Origin: Candidatus Bathyarchaeota archaeon
GTDB taxonomy: Archaea > Thermoproteota > Bathyarchaeia > Bathyarchaeales > Bathycorpusculaceae
Reading direction: 5' to 3'
Assembly (NCBI GenBank): GCA_963811105.1
Contig: CAWEPZ010000001.1
Location: 51,372 to 115,371, forward strand
DNA: 64,000 nucleotides
Below the pieces are notes generated by a model that was not told the DNA's origin, ran no database searches, and saw nothing but the letters and a program-made list of their open reading frames with translations. Below are positions 30,463 through 42,028 of this stretch, piece after piece. The stretch's first letter is position 1. Every line of letters begins with the position of its first letter. A program made the position numbers and the translations under genes.

Positions 30463-33356
30463 CTATTTGTCCCAGAATTCTCTTGTGCGTAGATACTGAA
30501 TCTTCGCCTTAAGCAAATCTAAATAAAACTGCTCCTCCTGCGGATGCATCCTGCCTAAAATCCGCGAAGCCGTTTCAGGGCCAACCCCTTTCACCTGCAA
30601 TGCTCGAATTGCCTGTTTTACCATAGCTAAGCACTAAATCAGCTTTGCGTCTGGCGTTGCTTAGTTCTTTTAGTTCTTCAGGAGTTAGTTCCTTGTCTTC
30701 ACGACGTTTCCTCAAATCTCCCTTCAACTTTTCTAAGTCTTGGCTTGGATAAAGGAGTGTGAGCAAACGTGAATTGCAGTTTTTGCATTGCGGTTCATCA
30801 GGCAGGTCTTTTATTCGCATCTGTGTTGTCCATGTTCCGCAGTTCATGCATAGCAGCTTTGCGCTTCGAACTTCAATTGAGTGTTTCATTCTGTCAATGT
30901 TGCTTAGGACTACATGTTCGGGCGCCATCAACTCTGCAGTGTCAGCGTACTGCATCAAAATGTGATATGCAAGAGGCGACGGCTTTTCATGCACAACTGC
31001 GCTTACATTTACTTTTCCATTTTTTATTTCTTGTATTATCTCTTTGACTTTTGGCAGATCCACTTTGTCCATCATGGCTTCTCGCAAAGTTTCATCATAA
31101 ATCGGTGTGCCCTCGAAAGCCGCCTTGAGCTTTTCTCCCCGCTCAGACATAGCTAAAGTTTTTCCCCTCGGAATAGCTCCGAATCTTTCAGCAATAGCTT
31201 TCATCCTTGCCACGAATGGAAATTTGGAGTTAACATAATTCAAAAAAGCTTCATCAATTCGCTGGTCAGTTAAATCGAAGAGTTCTCTTGGCAAGCCTTC
31301 AGCTTCTTGTTTGGAAAGTTTGTGGGTGGTTTCTAGCAGGATACGGTATCCGTCTGTCCACCATCCGGTGATTGCCTCGCGTTCAGACAGAACTGAATCA
31401 AAGATTCCGCCTAGTGTTCGGTTAACAAGCTCGCCGAAACATGCGTGAACAACAACATATCGATCCAATGTTTCTATAACTATGCGGTTTTGCGTAGGCA
31501 ACGGTGTTCCTGTTTTGAGGTGTTCGTCAATTTCCAGTGCAGCTTCCAGAAGTGTTGCTTTGTCAGTCTTCAATTCAACAGCCAATATCTCAGCTGCATC
31601 CTCAGGTTTCTTGCCCTCTTTAATCAATTTCCCGATTTTCTCTCGCATTTCCCCTGTCTGCTGCGCTAAACCAAAAGGCACCGGCAGGATTTCTCCATCC
31701 CACCCTGGAATTGCTGCTGACGGATCCTCCGCTGGAATAACATGTACTGTTCCTGTTTCTTCGTTTATTTGGACCATGCGCCAGACTTTTCCCCGCATGA
31801 TAAAATGCAAACCTACCCGAGCGTGCAGTGTCATGAATTCGTCGCCTAAAGTGCCGATTTTTCTGTCAGTTAGAACATTGATTACTGGATAGCGTTTCTC
31901 ATCAGGAATCATTGATAAGTTGCTGTAGTAATATTCGCGGGTTCTTCCTGTTTTCTCCAAGACTTTGCCTTCTTCTTCCAATCTAAGGTTGCGTAAGCTC
32001 TCTAAAAAACCAATTACATCCTCAAGCTGCTTCCTGCTCAAGGTGCTGTATGGGTAAGCTCGATTGATTATTTTAAAGAGTTCAGTTTGGCTTATGCTTT
32101 GTTTATCCATAAGGATGCCTGCAATTTGATGAGCCAAAACATCCAGCGCGTTTTTGTGCATAAGCACTGGTTCAAGCCTGATTTTGTTGGCGTTTTCTAC
32201 AGCTGCTATGGATTCTAACGTGTCATCGGGGTAAGCAGTGAGGATGACTCCTTCTGAGAGCCGTTCAAGACTATGGCCGCTTCTACCGACCCGTTGGATT
32301 AAGCTGCTGACTTGCCTTGGCGACATGTATTGAATAACTAAATCTACATTGCCAATGTCAATGCCCAACTCTAATGTGCTTGTGCAGATAATTGCTTTGA
32401 GCGTTCCAGCCTTGAAAGCGTCCTCTACGCTAGTGCGTTCTTCCTTCGAAAGCGAACCATGATGCACGGATACATCATTTCGGTTTAGTTGGTCAAATCT
32501 GTGCCCGAGCAACTCAGCGATTGTTCGGCTGTTCACAAAAACCAGAGTAGATTTATGGTTGTCTATGAGCTCGATTAGTCGACGGATTCTAGCTGAGGCT
32601 TCAGGAGTTGTTTCCAGTTTAGCCGCAATTTCGTAGTCTTTTTCTGTTGGCGTTAAATATTCTACTCGGTAGCGGTAGTTCTTAGCCAAAACAGCTTGTA
32701 CAATGTCGATTTCTCTGTGGGTTCCTGCAATAAACTTTGCCACTTCTTCAGGATTGCCTACAGTTGCTGATAAGCCAATTCTTTGAAACTCTTTACCTGT
32801 TACTTCAAAGACGCGTTCAAGCGCTATTGCCAACTGGGCACCACGTTTACTTTCAGCTAAATCATGAACCTCATCAATTATTACGCATTGCACATTACTT
32901 AGGTGACGGCGCATTTGGGACCCCGGAAGAATCGCCTGCAGTGTTTCAGGGGTAGTAACTAGCATTTGTGGAGGTTGACGCGCTTGTTTTCTGCGGATTT
33001 TCATTTCAGTATCGCCATGCCGCACTTCAACAGTAATGCCTAATTGTTCGCTCCAAAATGTTAACCGCTTGAACATGTCACGGTTCAACGCACGAAGCGG
33101 CGTGATATAAATTACTTGTATGCCGTTTTGCTCTTGATTTTTCTCTTCAACTAAACGGGAGAATACTGGGAGAAGCACAGCTTCTGTTTTCCCAGTGCCA
33201 GTTGGCGCAATCAAAAGAACATTCTTTCCCTCAAGAATTGGAGGAAACGCCAGAGTCTGAGGTAATGTTGGCTCAGAAAAGCCAAGCTCTGCCTAGTGCT
33301 TTTTGGACAGGTTTAGCGAGTAATTCGAAAACAGAAGTTGACTTGTCAATCTGCAT
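30463..33356 (-). CDS. lhr: Lhr-like DEAD/DEAH SF2 helicase (frameshifts near 33292 and 30615)
   Basis: GF.EPT..Q, APTGTGKT, TPLRAL.RD, DEVH, GLSAT, TSTLELGIDIG, QRVGRSGH, C-terminal Zn ribbon and GVGPETASRIL; both termini lie in shifted frames. Confidence 0.9.
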
Positions 33357-33544
33357 TTTCTTTATTTAGATAGCTGCAAAAGGAGTGCTTTAACTCTTTA
33401 GAATAAAACCCACATAATTTTGCCTAATTGATATGACGTATTGCTCAGTTGTTTTCCCTTGAATAGGGAAAAAAGTTGACAAATAGTTGCAGCGTAATGA
33501 CTCAAACAAGAAAATCTGATTAAGTGACTAAGTAGAATTTTGAT

Positions 33545-34759
33545 TTAACGTTTGAAAGAAGAAATAAGAAGAGAAATTAGGTAATCGTTTTCGACTAGTC
33601 CGTACGCTCCTTTTTTTGCAGAGAACTCATCGAACTTTTTGACTCCATCAGGTTTTAGATTTGGCGATTTGATTGCGAAGGGCACTGGTTCTCTTGAGTG
33701 GGTTCCGATTTTTATAGGTGTGGGATGATCAGGCAGTATTGCAATTGCGTATGGCTCGCTTATGCCGTTAAGAATTCTGCCGAGTAGTCTTTTGTCTAGG
33801 TCTTCGATGGTTTTTACTTTTAATGTGTAGTCTTTGCAGTGTCCGGCTTCGTCGGGCGCTTCTACATGAACAAAAACCAAATCATTGCTTTGAAGAGCTT
33901 TCAAGGCGGCGTCTGCTTTGCCCTCATAGTTAGTGTCATACATTCCTGTGGCTCCGGGGACGTTGATGATTTCCATTCCGGCGTAAGTGCCGATTCCTTT
34001 CACCAAATCAACGGCAGATATGACTGCAGATTTCAATCCATACTTTTCTTTCAGAGTTGGCATGGATGGCTTTTTGCCTCCGCCCCAAGGCCAAATTAAG
34101 TTGCCTGGTCGTTTGCCCGCTTTTTCCCGTGCAATGTTTATAGGATGAGACTTCAGAATATTGCGGGAACCGTTAACTAAGTTTCTTAGTAATTGCGCGG
34201 TTTTTTCTGCTTCTGGCGTCCTCGCTTTTGGCAGTACCGCTGAAACACTTATTCCTGTAGCGTCATGTGGCGGAGTGCAAACGATAAGCTCGGGGTTTTG
34301 AAAGTTTCGCAGTATCAAAAAGTGTCTGTAATCAAGACCTGGGTAGAATTCAATTTCGCCTTTTTTTCCAAAAGCGTCATTTACAGCACCTATAAGTTTA
34401 GATGATTCCTGAGTTGTTATGTGTCCTGCAGAGTAATCAAGGATGAGTCCATCTTTCTCAGTTATCAAGTTACATCGGTATGCTGCGTCCTTTTCTGCAA
34501 GTTTTATGCCTCTAGAAGGCGCTTCGAGTGGGCCTCTGCCAGTGCAGTATATTCGCGGGTCGTAACCTAGAAGTGAGCATATAGCGGCGTCTGAACCTGG
34601 ATTTAACTCGTCAGGAACCGTTTTGATGAGACCGCTTCTGCCTTGGGCTGCGATTGAATCCATGTTAGGTTTGTATGCTGCTTGAAGAGGAGTTTTGTTT
34701 CCCAATTCAGGAACTGGGTAATCAGCCATTCCGTCTCCAACAACGAGAATAAACTTCAT
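33545..34759 (-). CDS. apgM: Cofactor-independent phosphoglycerate mutase, archaeal type
   Basis: GDGMAD, KTPL..A..PNMD, PGSD.A, GRGPLEA, HVEAPDEAGH, PDHPTP, H..EPVP. Confidence 0.94.
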   Translation of the reverse strand: MKFILVVGDGMADYPVPELGNKTPLQAAYKPNMDSIAAQGRSGLIKTVPDELNPGSDAAICSLLGYDPRIYCTGRGPLEAPSRGIKLAEKDAAYRCNLITEKDGLILDYSAGHITTQESSKLIGAVNDAFGKKGEIEFYPGLDYRHFLILRNFQNPELIVCTPPHDATGISVSAVLPKARTPEAEKTAQLLRNLVNGSRNILKSHPINIAREKAGKRPGNLIWPWGGGKKPSMPTLKEKYGLKSAVISAVDLVKGIGTYAGMEIINVPGATGMYDTNYEGKADAALKALQSNDLVFVHVEAPDEAGHCKDYTLKVKTIEDLDKRLLGRILNGISEPYAIAILPDHPTPIKIGTHSREPVPFAIKSPNLKPDGVKKFDEFSAKKGAYGLVENDYLISLLISSFKR

Positions 34760-35190
34760 TTAATTAACTCCGAGTTGTTTCTTAGTCAGATTATTGCTTT
34801 ATTATCTGATGTTTGTTTTTCTTTGTTTTCAGAAGATATTGTGGTCATAAGTTTATTTGCTTACTGGTTAAACTGAAACTCAAATGTTTCTTGCTTTTAC
34901 CTTTGTTTGTAGAAAGCTTTTCTGAATATTTTTATACAAAAGAGGATTTATGTTTTCAAGCAACTGTCAGTTTAGTTATGTATCTCTTTAAAACGATTTG
35001 TATGCAGAGAAACGGATACGATGCAATAGCCGTGTTGTTTTGTGAAAAGGTGCAGTTTGAGTGTCTTAATATTTTCATTTTGCATTTCTAAATTATAATA
35101 GGCGCTCGTTCGCTCAATTTCAATGAGGGAAGTGATGGTTAATTAAGCTTATTAGCTCGCTCCTCTCATAATTGTGGAAGGTTCGATGAA

Positions 35191-35619
35191 ATGACCGCAG
35201 CTCCCTTTGCAAGCACGATTGTGGCAGTAGCTCTAATCCCTGTAGCGTTCTTTTTTGTTCATGCCTTCCTCAGTGGAAAGCGCAAGAACCGTTTTCATCC
35301 AGTTACTGGAATTCTAGCAGTTACTTGGGACTTAACGGTTTCAATAGGCTACATGATTTATCGAACATTTGGCGGATCAGCAAACGGGTCAACTCTTCAG
35401 CTAACCCCTCTTCTAAACGCTTACTTCATTATTGTCCACGTACCTATTGCGATTCTCGTAATGTCGTTGGAAATAGTTGTTTTTGCCCTTGGCTTATGGC
35501 AGCTAAAAAAGAGAACCGCAAACCGATGGCACGGGAAAATAGCAAAAGCCCTGTTCTTCATTTGGTGGTTCGCTTTTCTGTCGGGAGAAATACTCTACAT
35601 CTTGCTCTATATGATTTGA
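35191..35619 (+). CDS. Four-TM membrane protein (DUF420-like)
   Basis: Four TMs with His residues (RFH, IVH, RWHG). Confidence 0.65.
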   Translation: MTAAPFASTIVAVALIPVAFFFVHAFLSGKRKNRFHPVTGILAVTWDLTVSIGYMIYRTFGGSANGSTLQLTPLLNAYFIIVHVPIAILVMSLEIVVFALGLWQLKKRTANRWHGKIAKALFFIWWFAFLSGEILYILLYMI

Positions 35620-36128
35620 GATGTTGAAAACAAGAGTTAATTAAAAAAATGAATAAACAAGAAGGGGCATCTTAACTAAAAGAATTCTTAACTAAATGTA
35701 ATTTAACTTCTAATTCATTCATTTTAATAGAGCCAAACCCAAATGATAACCTGTCAAAAGGACATAAAATACGCATATAGCTTCTATGAATAATTCTTAC
35801 AGAGAACAAGTGAAAACAATTACTTAAAAAACATGACTTAGCGGTAATAGAAGAACAAAATCAAATTATAAACTATAAACCTAAACCAACCCAAATTGAC
35901 ATCATTTAAATACTTTATTTTAGCTCTCAACTAATCCAAGTGGTCTTTGAGCATTTTGAAATGCTGTGAAGTCGCAACAAAAGCAAACTGACTCGACAAT
36001 AGACTCTGATAAGACCACATGAAACATTAAACAGTAAAATCCCTATGAAATAGGCGAAATAATTATAGAAGGAAAAAACGAATGGAAAACTCTGATACAG
36101 AACGCGAGTCTGCCCTGTAAAAATCGTC

Positions 36129-36629
36129 TTATAGACGCATCATGTGGCTTAAAATATGAATTATCAAGATGAGGTAGAATGCTGTCGTCATGCTGATATG
36201 TATAAATCTTATCTGCCTTCTTGAACTCTGCATTATGTTGAACCTTTGAAGAAGACCCGTCACTACAAGCGTCAGCACGGCAACAAATAATGCAAATCCC
36301 GTTCCAATGAAGGACACACTTGTTATCCAATACGTGAAGTGAACAGAAATAAACATGAAGGCAATCAGATTTCCAAAAACGTGTATTCTTACCCATGCTT
36401 TGAGTCTCATGGGACGACGACGGTTCAGAACATAAAATGCAGGTGTAACAAACGCGATCCATAAGCCCCCTATCAAGACCAGCAAATGAGTAAATTGTAA
36501 AGGACCTACAAAAAAACCGAACAAAGACTTGTCAAGAATTGTAAATGCCAAAAGACATATCGTGAAAAGAATTATAAATAGAGCGCCCAATAGATCAGGG
36601 TCTCTTAAATTAACCATATCTTTAATCAC
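36129..36629 (-). CDS. Polytopic membrane protein with paired TM histidines (possible heme b binding)
   Basis: WVRIHVFG..SVHF and FIHIS..IIHIL pairs 13 residues apart. Confidence 0.6.
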   Translation of the reverse strand: MIKDMVNLRDPDLLGALFIILFTICLLAFTILDKSLFGFFVGPLQFTHLLVLIGGLWIAFVTPAFYVLNRRRPMRLKAWVRIHVFGNLIAFMFISVHFTYWITSVSFIGTGFALFVAVLTLVVTGLLQRFNIMQSSRRQIRFIHISMTTAFYLILIIHILSHMMRL

Positions 36630-36820
36630 TTTGCTTTTAATACATTAAAAACTCTAAGACATATACGTCATCGTTATATTTTAACATAGCAAGAATTATT
36701 TAACACTGAAGACACGACAGTACACCATAATTATTGAAGGACAGAACAAATAGAAAACTCTAATTGAGAAAGTAAGCAAAAACCGTAATTTCTTTTTTTG
36801 TGGAATTCCGTCTTTAACTG

Positions 36821-37120
36821 TTACACGTCAATAAATAAGTCGTTGCCGTCCACTTTCACTTCATAGACTGGTAAACCTTGAGTATTTCCAGAGATTGCTT
36901 TCCTCGTTATTACGTCGAAGCATGAAAAATGACGAGAGCAGGCAACAATTGTGTTATTCAGAGTGCCCTTGAAGAGCATAGCATTCATATTGGGGCATCA
37001 ATCGCCGATGACATAGAACTTGCCTTCAACGTTAGCAATCAGTATCTTTTTTCCATCAACTTCCACATAAATCATCTTGCCTACGGGAATATCGCTTGTT
37101 TTGGCGGCTTTCACAAAAGT
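36821..37120 (-). pseudogene. Rieske [2Fe-2S] ferredoxin pseudogene
   Basis: FVKAAKTSDIPVGKMIYVEVDGKKILIANVEGKFYVIGD*CPNM...GTL....VACSRHFSCFDV.T...LPVYEVKVDGNDLFIDV*; in-frame stop and CxH changed to CxN. Confidence 0.85.
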
Positions 37121-37554
37121 CGCAGTTTGTCCTGTGCTTCAATTACTGCAGAAAAATCTACTTGTTTCGAAATATTTTCAGTTGTCACGCTCGAACACCA
37201 CCTAAGCAGCAAGATTAAGCTAGATAAACTAAATTTATGAATTATCAGTTCACAATAATTTTGGCGTTAGATGTACGTGGCAAGTTATCCACCGAAAAGT
37301 AACAGCCCTTTTTGAGCAACTGCATTATCACGCGATTCTTAACAGAAATACTTATCGCCTATGACGTTAACAGAACCCAAGAGAAATTGCCGAAGCCCAA
37401 ATGTGGCTAAAGAGCCTTTCTTCTCTTCGTTAACTAATATGGAAAAAGCAAAGAACCTCTCTATTGCAGCGAACTATTCGCGGATAATTCGCATTTACGC
37501 CTTAATGTATTTAGAACAAAAAAAAGAAGAAAGATAGTTGGTTTTTTTATGCGA

Positions 37555-40200
37555 TTATTTTTGTCTGCCGAATTTGAGCATAACAACTGTGGCTGCAATG
37601 ATTGTTATGATTATTGCAACTGCTGCTATCGCTATGTAGGTCATCAATGATGCTTCTGTTGCCACCGCACTTACAGTTGTTGTAGTCGTTGATGTTGGCG
37701 CTGCGGCTCCTGAGCCGACTGTCAAACCGGTTGTTGCGACCGAGCTACCGTAGGATGGTGTTCCTGCGAAAATAGCTGTAATTTTGTAAACGCCTGCTGT
37801 TGGGGGTGTCCATGCGTATTGGAAGGTGCCGGTTATGTCGCTTGTTGCTGTGCCTATGTTAACGCTGTTTCCGTTCGAGTCTGTGGCTACCAAGTTAACT
37901 GGGACTCCAGTTACTGTGACATTAGTTGGGATTGGAATTTGCATGTAAATGTATTCCATGTATGCGCTCATTGATTGATCAGATATACATGCAAGTTTTG
38001 GCTCTGCTTCTGAAGCTGTGCCTACTGGTGAAGTGGTGGATGGAAGTGTGCCTGGCGATTGATCCATTACGGTTCCTTGGATTAATACGCTTGTTCCGGC
38101 TGTTACTTCAGTTTGTGGTGCTGTTACGGTTGTTTCGCTTTTGCTTGGGCCGAAAACGTACATAAATCCGTCGTATCCGCTGCCAGCTGTTAGATAGCCG
38201 TCTGCAAATGCGCCTGGGGTCATGTATCCGGTGATGTTCCACATGTTTGTGCCAGTGGTAGCGTTAAGAGCGTACATTTTCCAGCCTCTGGTCATGGGCT
38301 GTGAGGGGGTGTGTTCGTTACTGAACACGAAAATTTTTCCGTCGCCGACGCTAACGCCTCCTGATCCGAAGAATGAGTATTGGTTGATGCCGTCAGTTGT
38401 GTACGGTGTTTCGAATGCGTAGGGTGTTGGTGATATGAAGTGCCAAGCTATTTTTCCCGTTGACCAGTTTATCGCGTAAACTCCGTCGTAGGTCTGTGTG
38501 TATATTAAGCCGTAACCAGATTCCGCAGAGTATGACCAGAAACATCCCCATGGATCTCCAGTTTGCTCGCTTACCCAAGCTTGTTTGCCCGTTCTAAGGT
38601 CCCATGCTGCCCATTGTCTTTGTGTTTGTGTTGATGCTGCATACATTCCGTTGTCAGCCATGCCATCTTCAAAGTATGTGAGACTTGAAGTTACGTTCCA
38701 AAGCAGTTTTCCTGTTGTTAAGTCGACGCCCTGAAGGAATCTTGAAATTTGTGTGCCTGCGGTTGAAACTGTGCCTGTTGTAACTGCTATGCCAGTGTTG
38801 AAATCGGCAGTGCCCAAGCTGGCAAATGGATAGCTTACGTTGCTAATTATTCTGGTGGTAAAGTCTGTGCTGCTTCCGGTTAGGTTCCAGATAACCAGGC
38901 GATATGGATCAGTAGTTACGCCTGTGGTTTGTACGCTGTAGACTTTCTCGTTTCCCCACACTGTGCCCGTAAAAGGAATTGTTATGTTTGTGCTGGCTGC
39001 GCCTGTGAATGGATTGTACTTCACTAGTCTGGTTGCGCTGATGTAAACTAGCGATGGTGCTGATCTCCAGTCGGATTCTGCTCCTACTACTTCTGGAGTG
39101 GCTGCTTCCCACATGATTCTAGTTGGTATCATCGTTATGCCTGTTTGTTCCCAGTAGATTTGGCCTGTTCGCAAGTCGTAGCATTGCCAAACGCTCGTAG
39201 GTAACATTACTTCTGAGCCGTTTACTAATTGCATCATTGATTTTGTTATTGTTTGGTAGCATCTGCCCATGAAGATTATGCTTGGGAAGTTTGTGTCCAT
39301 ACCGAATCCTCCTCCGCTGTAGATTGATGTTTGAACGCCTCCGCCTCCTCTTTCTGCTACGTCGCCGCCTACAATGCCGCCTAGTTCACCTGCGCGTCTC
39401 CAAATAACGTGCGCTGTGTTTGGTGCTGTAACGTATGGTCCTTGGAATCTGTAGTTGTTGGCGTATCCCCATGGATAGCTTCCTGCGATCTGCCACCATT
39501 CTCGGAAGTTGACTGAAATTGGTCGTGCCCAATAGCTTGTTGGGAGTGGTGCTGGTGGCCATGAGGCAACTAGATCAGTTTGTACTTCAAAGTTTATTGT
39601 TTTGCTTGTCGAGGTTTGATAGTAGGTTGATGTTAGGTTTGTTCCTCCGGTTGCTGGGGCTCCTGCGAGCCTTGTTCCGTTGGGGTATGCGACTAGTACT
39701 CCGCCTAGGTAGAATCCTGCTGGGAGGTATTGTCCTGGGAAGGTGAAAACTGCAGACCAATTGCCAATCTGGTCAGGTTCATAGGTGAACCATGCTGTTG
39801 AGTCGGCTGGGTATGAGTTTAGAGGTCCAATTTTTTCGGTGGTTTTATCTGGTTTTGTTAAGGTTACGGTGTAGTCTTTGAGTGATCTGACTGCGTTGGG
39901 TGGGGGCTGAATCCACATGTTGACTAGTATTGGTTGAGTTAAGCCTACTATAGAGGGACTAACACTTAGATAGGATGTTGTAGCAACTGTTCCGTCTGGT
40001 ATGATTCCGCTGGCTAAAGGTCCCGTTGTGCCAGAAACAACTATTCCTTGAGGGTTGCCGGCCGTTATTCCTGCTGCTTTAGTTGGTGAAGTAAATGTTG
40101 CGGTTGAAGCCATTAAAAATATCAAAAGGGATATTACTGCAATGTTTGCTTTTTTTCTTGAAATATTCAATTTTATCTCTCCGTATTTGATTTTGAGCAA
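37555..40200 (-). CDS. PQQ-like beta-propeller cell-surface protein, paralog 1 (signal peptide, C-terminal TM anchor)
   Basis: CYDLRTG, DLTTGKLLW, A.N.STG..AW repeats; EHTPSQP.TRGW; C-terminal TM plus basic tail; true start probably ~30 bp inside. Confidence 0.88.
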   Translation of the reverse strand: MLKIKYGEIKLNISRKKANIAVISLLIFLMASTATFTSPTKAAGITAGNPQGIVVSGTTGPLASGIIPDGTVATTSYLSVSPSIVGLTQPILVNMWIQPPPNAVRSLKDYTVTLTKPDKTTEKIGPLNSYPADSTAWFTYEPDQIGNWSAVFTFPGQYLPAGFYLGGVLVAYPNGTRLAGAPATGGTNLTSTYYQTSTSKTINFEVQTDLVASWPPAPLPTSYWARPISVNFREWWQIAGSYPWGYANNYRFQGPYVTAPNTAHVIWRRAGELGGIVGGDVAERGGGGVQTSIYSGGGFGMDTNFPSIIFMGRCYQTITKSMMQLVNGSEVMLPTSVWQCYDLRTGQIYWEQTGITMIPTRIMWEAATPEVVGAESDWRSAPSLVYISATRLVKYNPFTGAASTNITIPFTGTVWGNEKVYSVQTTGVTTDPYRLVIWNLTGSSTDFTTRIISNVSYPFASLGTADFNTGIAVTTGTVSTAGTQISRFLQGVDLTTGKLLWNVTSSLTYFEDGMADNGMYAASTQTQRQWAAWDLRTGKQAWVSEQTGDPWGCFWSYSAESGYGLIYTQTYDGVYAINWSTGKIAWHFISPTPYAFETPYTTDGINQYSFFGSGGVSVGDGKIFVFSNEHTPSQPMTRGWKMYALNATTGTNMWNITGYMTPGAFADGYLTAGSGYDGFMYVFGPSKSETTVTAPQTEVTAGTSVLIQGTVMDQSPGTLPSTTSPVGTASEAEPKLACISDQSMSAYMEYIYMQIPIPTNVTVTGVPVNLVATDSNGNSVNIGTATSDITGTFQYAWTPPTAGVYKITAIFAGTPSYGSSVATTGLTVGSGAAAPTSTTTTTVSAVATEASLMTYIAIAAVAIIITIIAATVVMLKFGRQK

Positions 40201-40461
40201 GAATTCTATTGCTCACGGAGCTATTTCCTTTAAAATTGCTTATAAGTTTTGAGTAGAATTTCCTTTTGCTTTAAGTAAAAAAAAAACTATTGGCGATTTG
40301 ATTGGACAACGAGGCAGAAACGTCTGCTCCTTTGGCGCCTTGGGCCGAGTCTGAATAATAAGCGTAAAAACTTGTGTAACAATTTCGGATTATTCTCTGT
40401 TTTAATGAAGTTTCGTTTTGTTGTTAGATTGGTTGATATTGTGTGTTTATAGAATTTCTCA

Positions 40462-40923
40462 CTAATTAGCTTTGCCGCATTCTGAGCAAAAAGCGCCTTG
40501 TTCAACTTTTGTTCCACAGTATTTGCAGTTTATAGGTAACCTAGCTATTAGGTGGTCAATTTTTAACATAGTTTGATTGTAGCTTGCTATCAATGATTGC
40601 CGTTCATTTTGCATTCTAGCTTGAAGTTGCTCAAGGTTTTTTGCAAAAGCAGTCGTTGTTATTTGTCTTTCAACTTGGAGGCTGGAAACTAGCTTTAATG
40701 AATTAGCTTTCACGATTCCAAACATTACTATTGCTTGTCCAATTGACTGGATTACGGCACCAAATATCAACGCGCTTTGATTGTTGGGAACAATTTGTGA
40801 TACTAATCCGAAAAGTCTACTTTCTTGTAAGATTATAAGTAAGCCAACAACAAAAAAGGCTAACCCAAGTATTATATAACCCCGAGGAGGAAAAACTATT
40901 TTCTTCATAAGACAATTCTCCAT
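40462..40923 (-). CDS. Two-TM, coiled-coil, C-terminal zinc-ribbon protein
   Basis: CKYCG......FCSECG at the C-terminus. Confidence 0.8.
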   Translation of the reverse strand: MENCLMKKIVFPPRGYIILGLAFFVVGLLIILQESRLFGLVSQIVPNNQSALIFGAVIQSIGQAIVMFGIVKANSLKLVSSLQVERQITTTAFAKNLEQLQARMQNERQSLIASYNQTMLKIDHLIARLPINCKYCGTKVEQGAFCSECGKAN

Positions 40924-40984
40924 GCAGTAAAGATTACTCTGATTGAATTAGTAATTAACAAGGGCTAGTACGCTTAAAAGACGT

Positions 40985-41008
40985 TGTGACTGTAATTAAG
41001 CAACCACA
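40985..41008 (-). promoter_or_regulatory. 24-bp palindromic operator upstream of the zinc-ribbon gene
   Basis: Minus strand TGTGGTTGC-ttaatt-ACAGTCACA-acgt-CTTTTAAG; 62 bp from 40923. Confidence 0.75.
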
Positions 41009-41214
41009 AACCCGCCGTTTATCATTGAGTCTCACACTTAGGATTCTAAAAACTTGTGACGTTCCTACCGCTTAGAAAACTGCGCAATTAAAGTTGTTCT
41101 TCTATTTAAGCGCTTTAAGTAAGGAATGGTTAAGCGAATTTGGTGATGCTGCATAATATTATTTTGGGCGTTTCACGTTTTCCAACTTCTGTAATTAACA
41201 AGTTGACAACCGAT

Positions 41215-41238
41215 TGTGACTGACAGAACACAACAACA
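41215..41238 (+). promoter_or_regulatory. 24-bp palindromic operator upstream of tatA
   Basis: TGTGACTGA-cagaac-ACAACAACA-aagc-TATTTATT. Confidence 0.7.
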
Positions 41239-41305
41239 AAGCTATTTATTAAAACACGGGGTAAGAAATAAGCTAAATAAACAATTCAAGGAGTATTTGT
41301 TAGAA

Positions 41306-41641
41306 ATGCTTGAAGGATGGGAATGGATTATCATCGGTGTTGTTGCTATCGTCATTATTATGTGGGGTCCTGCTAAGATTCCCGAGTTTGCTAAATCTTT
41401 AGGTAGGGCTAAAGGTGAATTTAGTAAGGCGCAGAAAGAGTTTACTGATGCTGCAACTGGTGCTGCTATGACTAACACTGCAGTTGTTGTTGAAAAGCGG
41501 CCTGCTTCTGCAATAAAGACTAAGGATGAGATGTTGCTTGAGACTGCTCAGCGGCTTGGAATACCTACCGAAGGCAAAACTAGAGAGCAAATATCCGAAG
41601 AAATATCCGTCAAAGTAAAATTGCTAGGCGCGGAACAATAA
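41306..41641 (+). CDS. tatA: Twin-arginine translocase TatA/E subunit
   Basis: G.EWIII....II.WGP.KIPE.AKSLGRA.GEF.K; start refined to MLEGWEW. Confidence 0.92.
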   Translation: MLEGWEWIIIGVVAIVIIMWGPAKIPEFAKSLGRAKGEFSKAQKEFTDAATGAAMTNTAVVVEKRPASAIKTKDEMLLETAQRLGIPTEGKTREQISEEISVKVKLLGAEQ

Positions 41642-42028
41642 GTCTTCTTTCGCTTTATTTTTTTCGAAGCGGAACGAGTCTAAGTATAGGATCATTTGTT
41701 TTTGTTTCATTAAACCGCAACCTAATTTGCTTTATGAATTGATAGAGCTCGGAAAAGAAGAAAAGAAGGACAAAGCATCGGAACAAAGGTTTGATGCATC
41801 TTTATTTTTCAAATCTGATTGTAGGTTTGCAACTTTCCCGGTTGATCACGGCGCAGTATTTTAATTTGGATGTAACCGATCGATGAAGTAGATGAGCTCA
41901 ATGCTTAAATTGCATAAAGATGCCGTAGAAGGTTTTATTACATGCAGACTCAAGACTTTGGTGGCAAGAAATTACGTGGAATCTAAAGTAAATTCGAGGT
42001 TAACAGAAAACTATTGAGAGTTGAAAAT

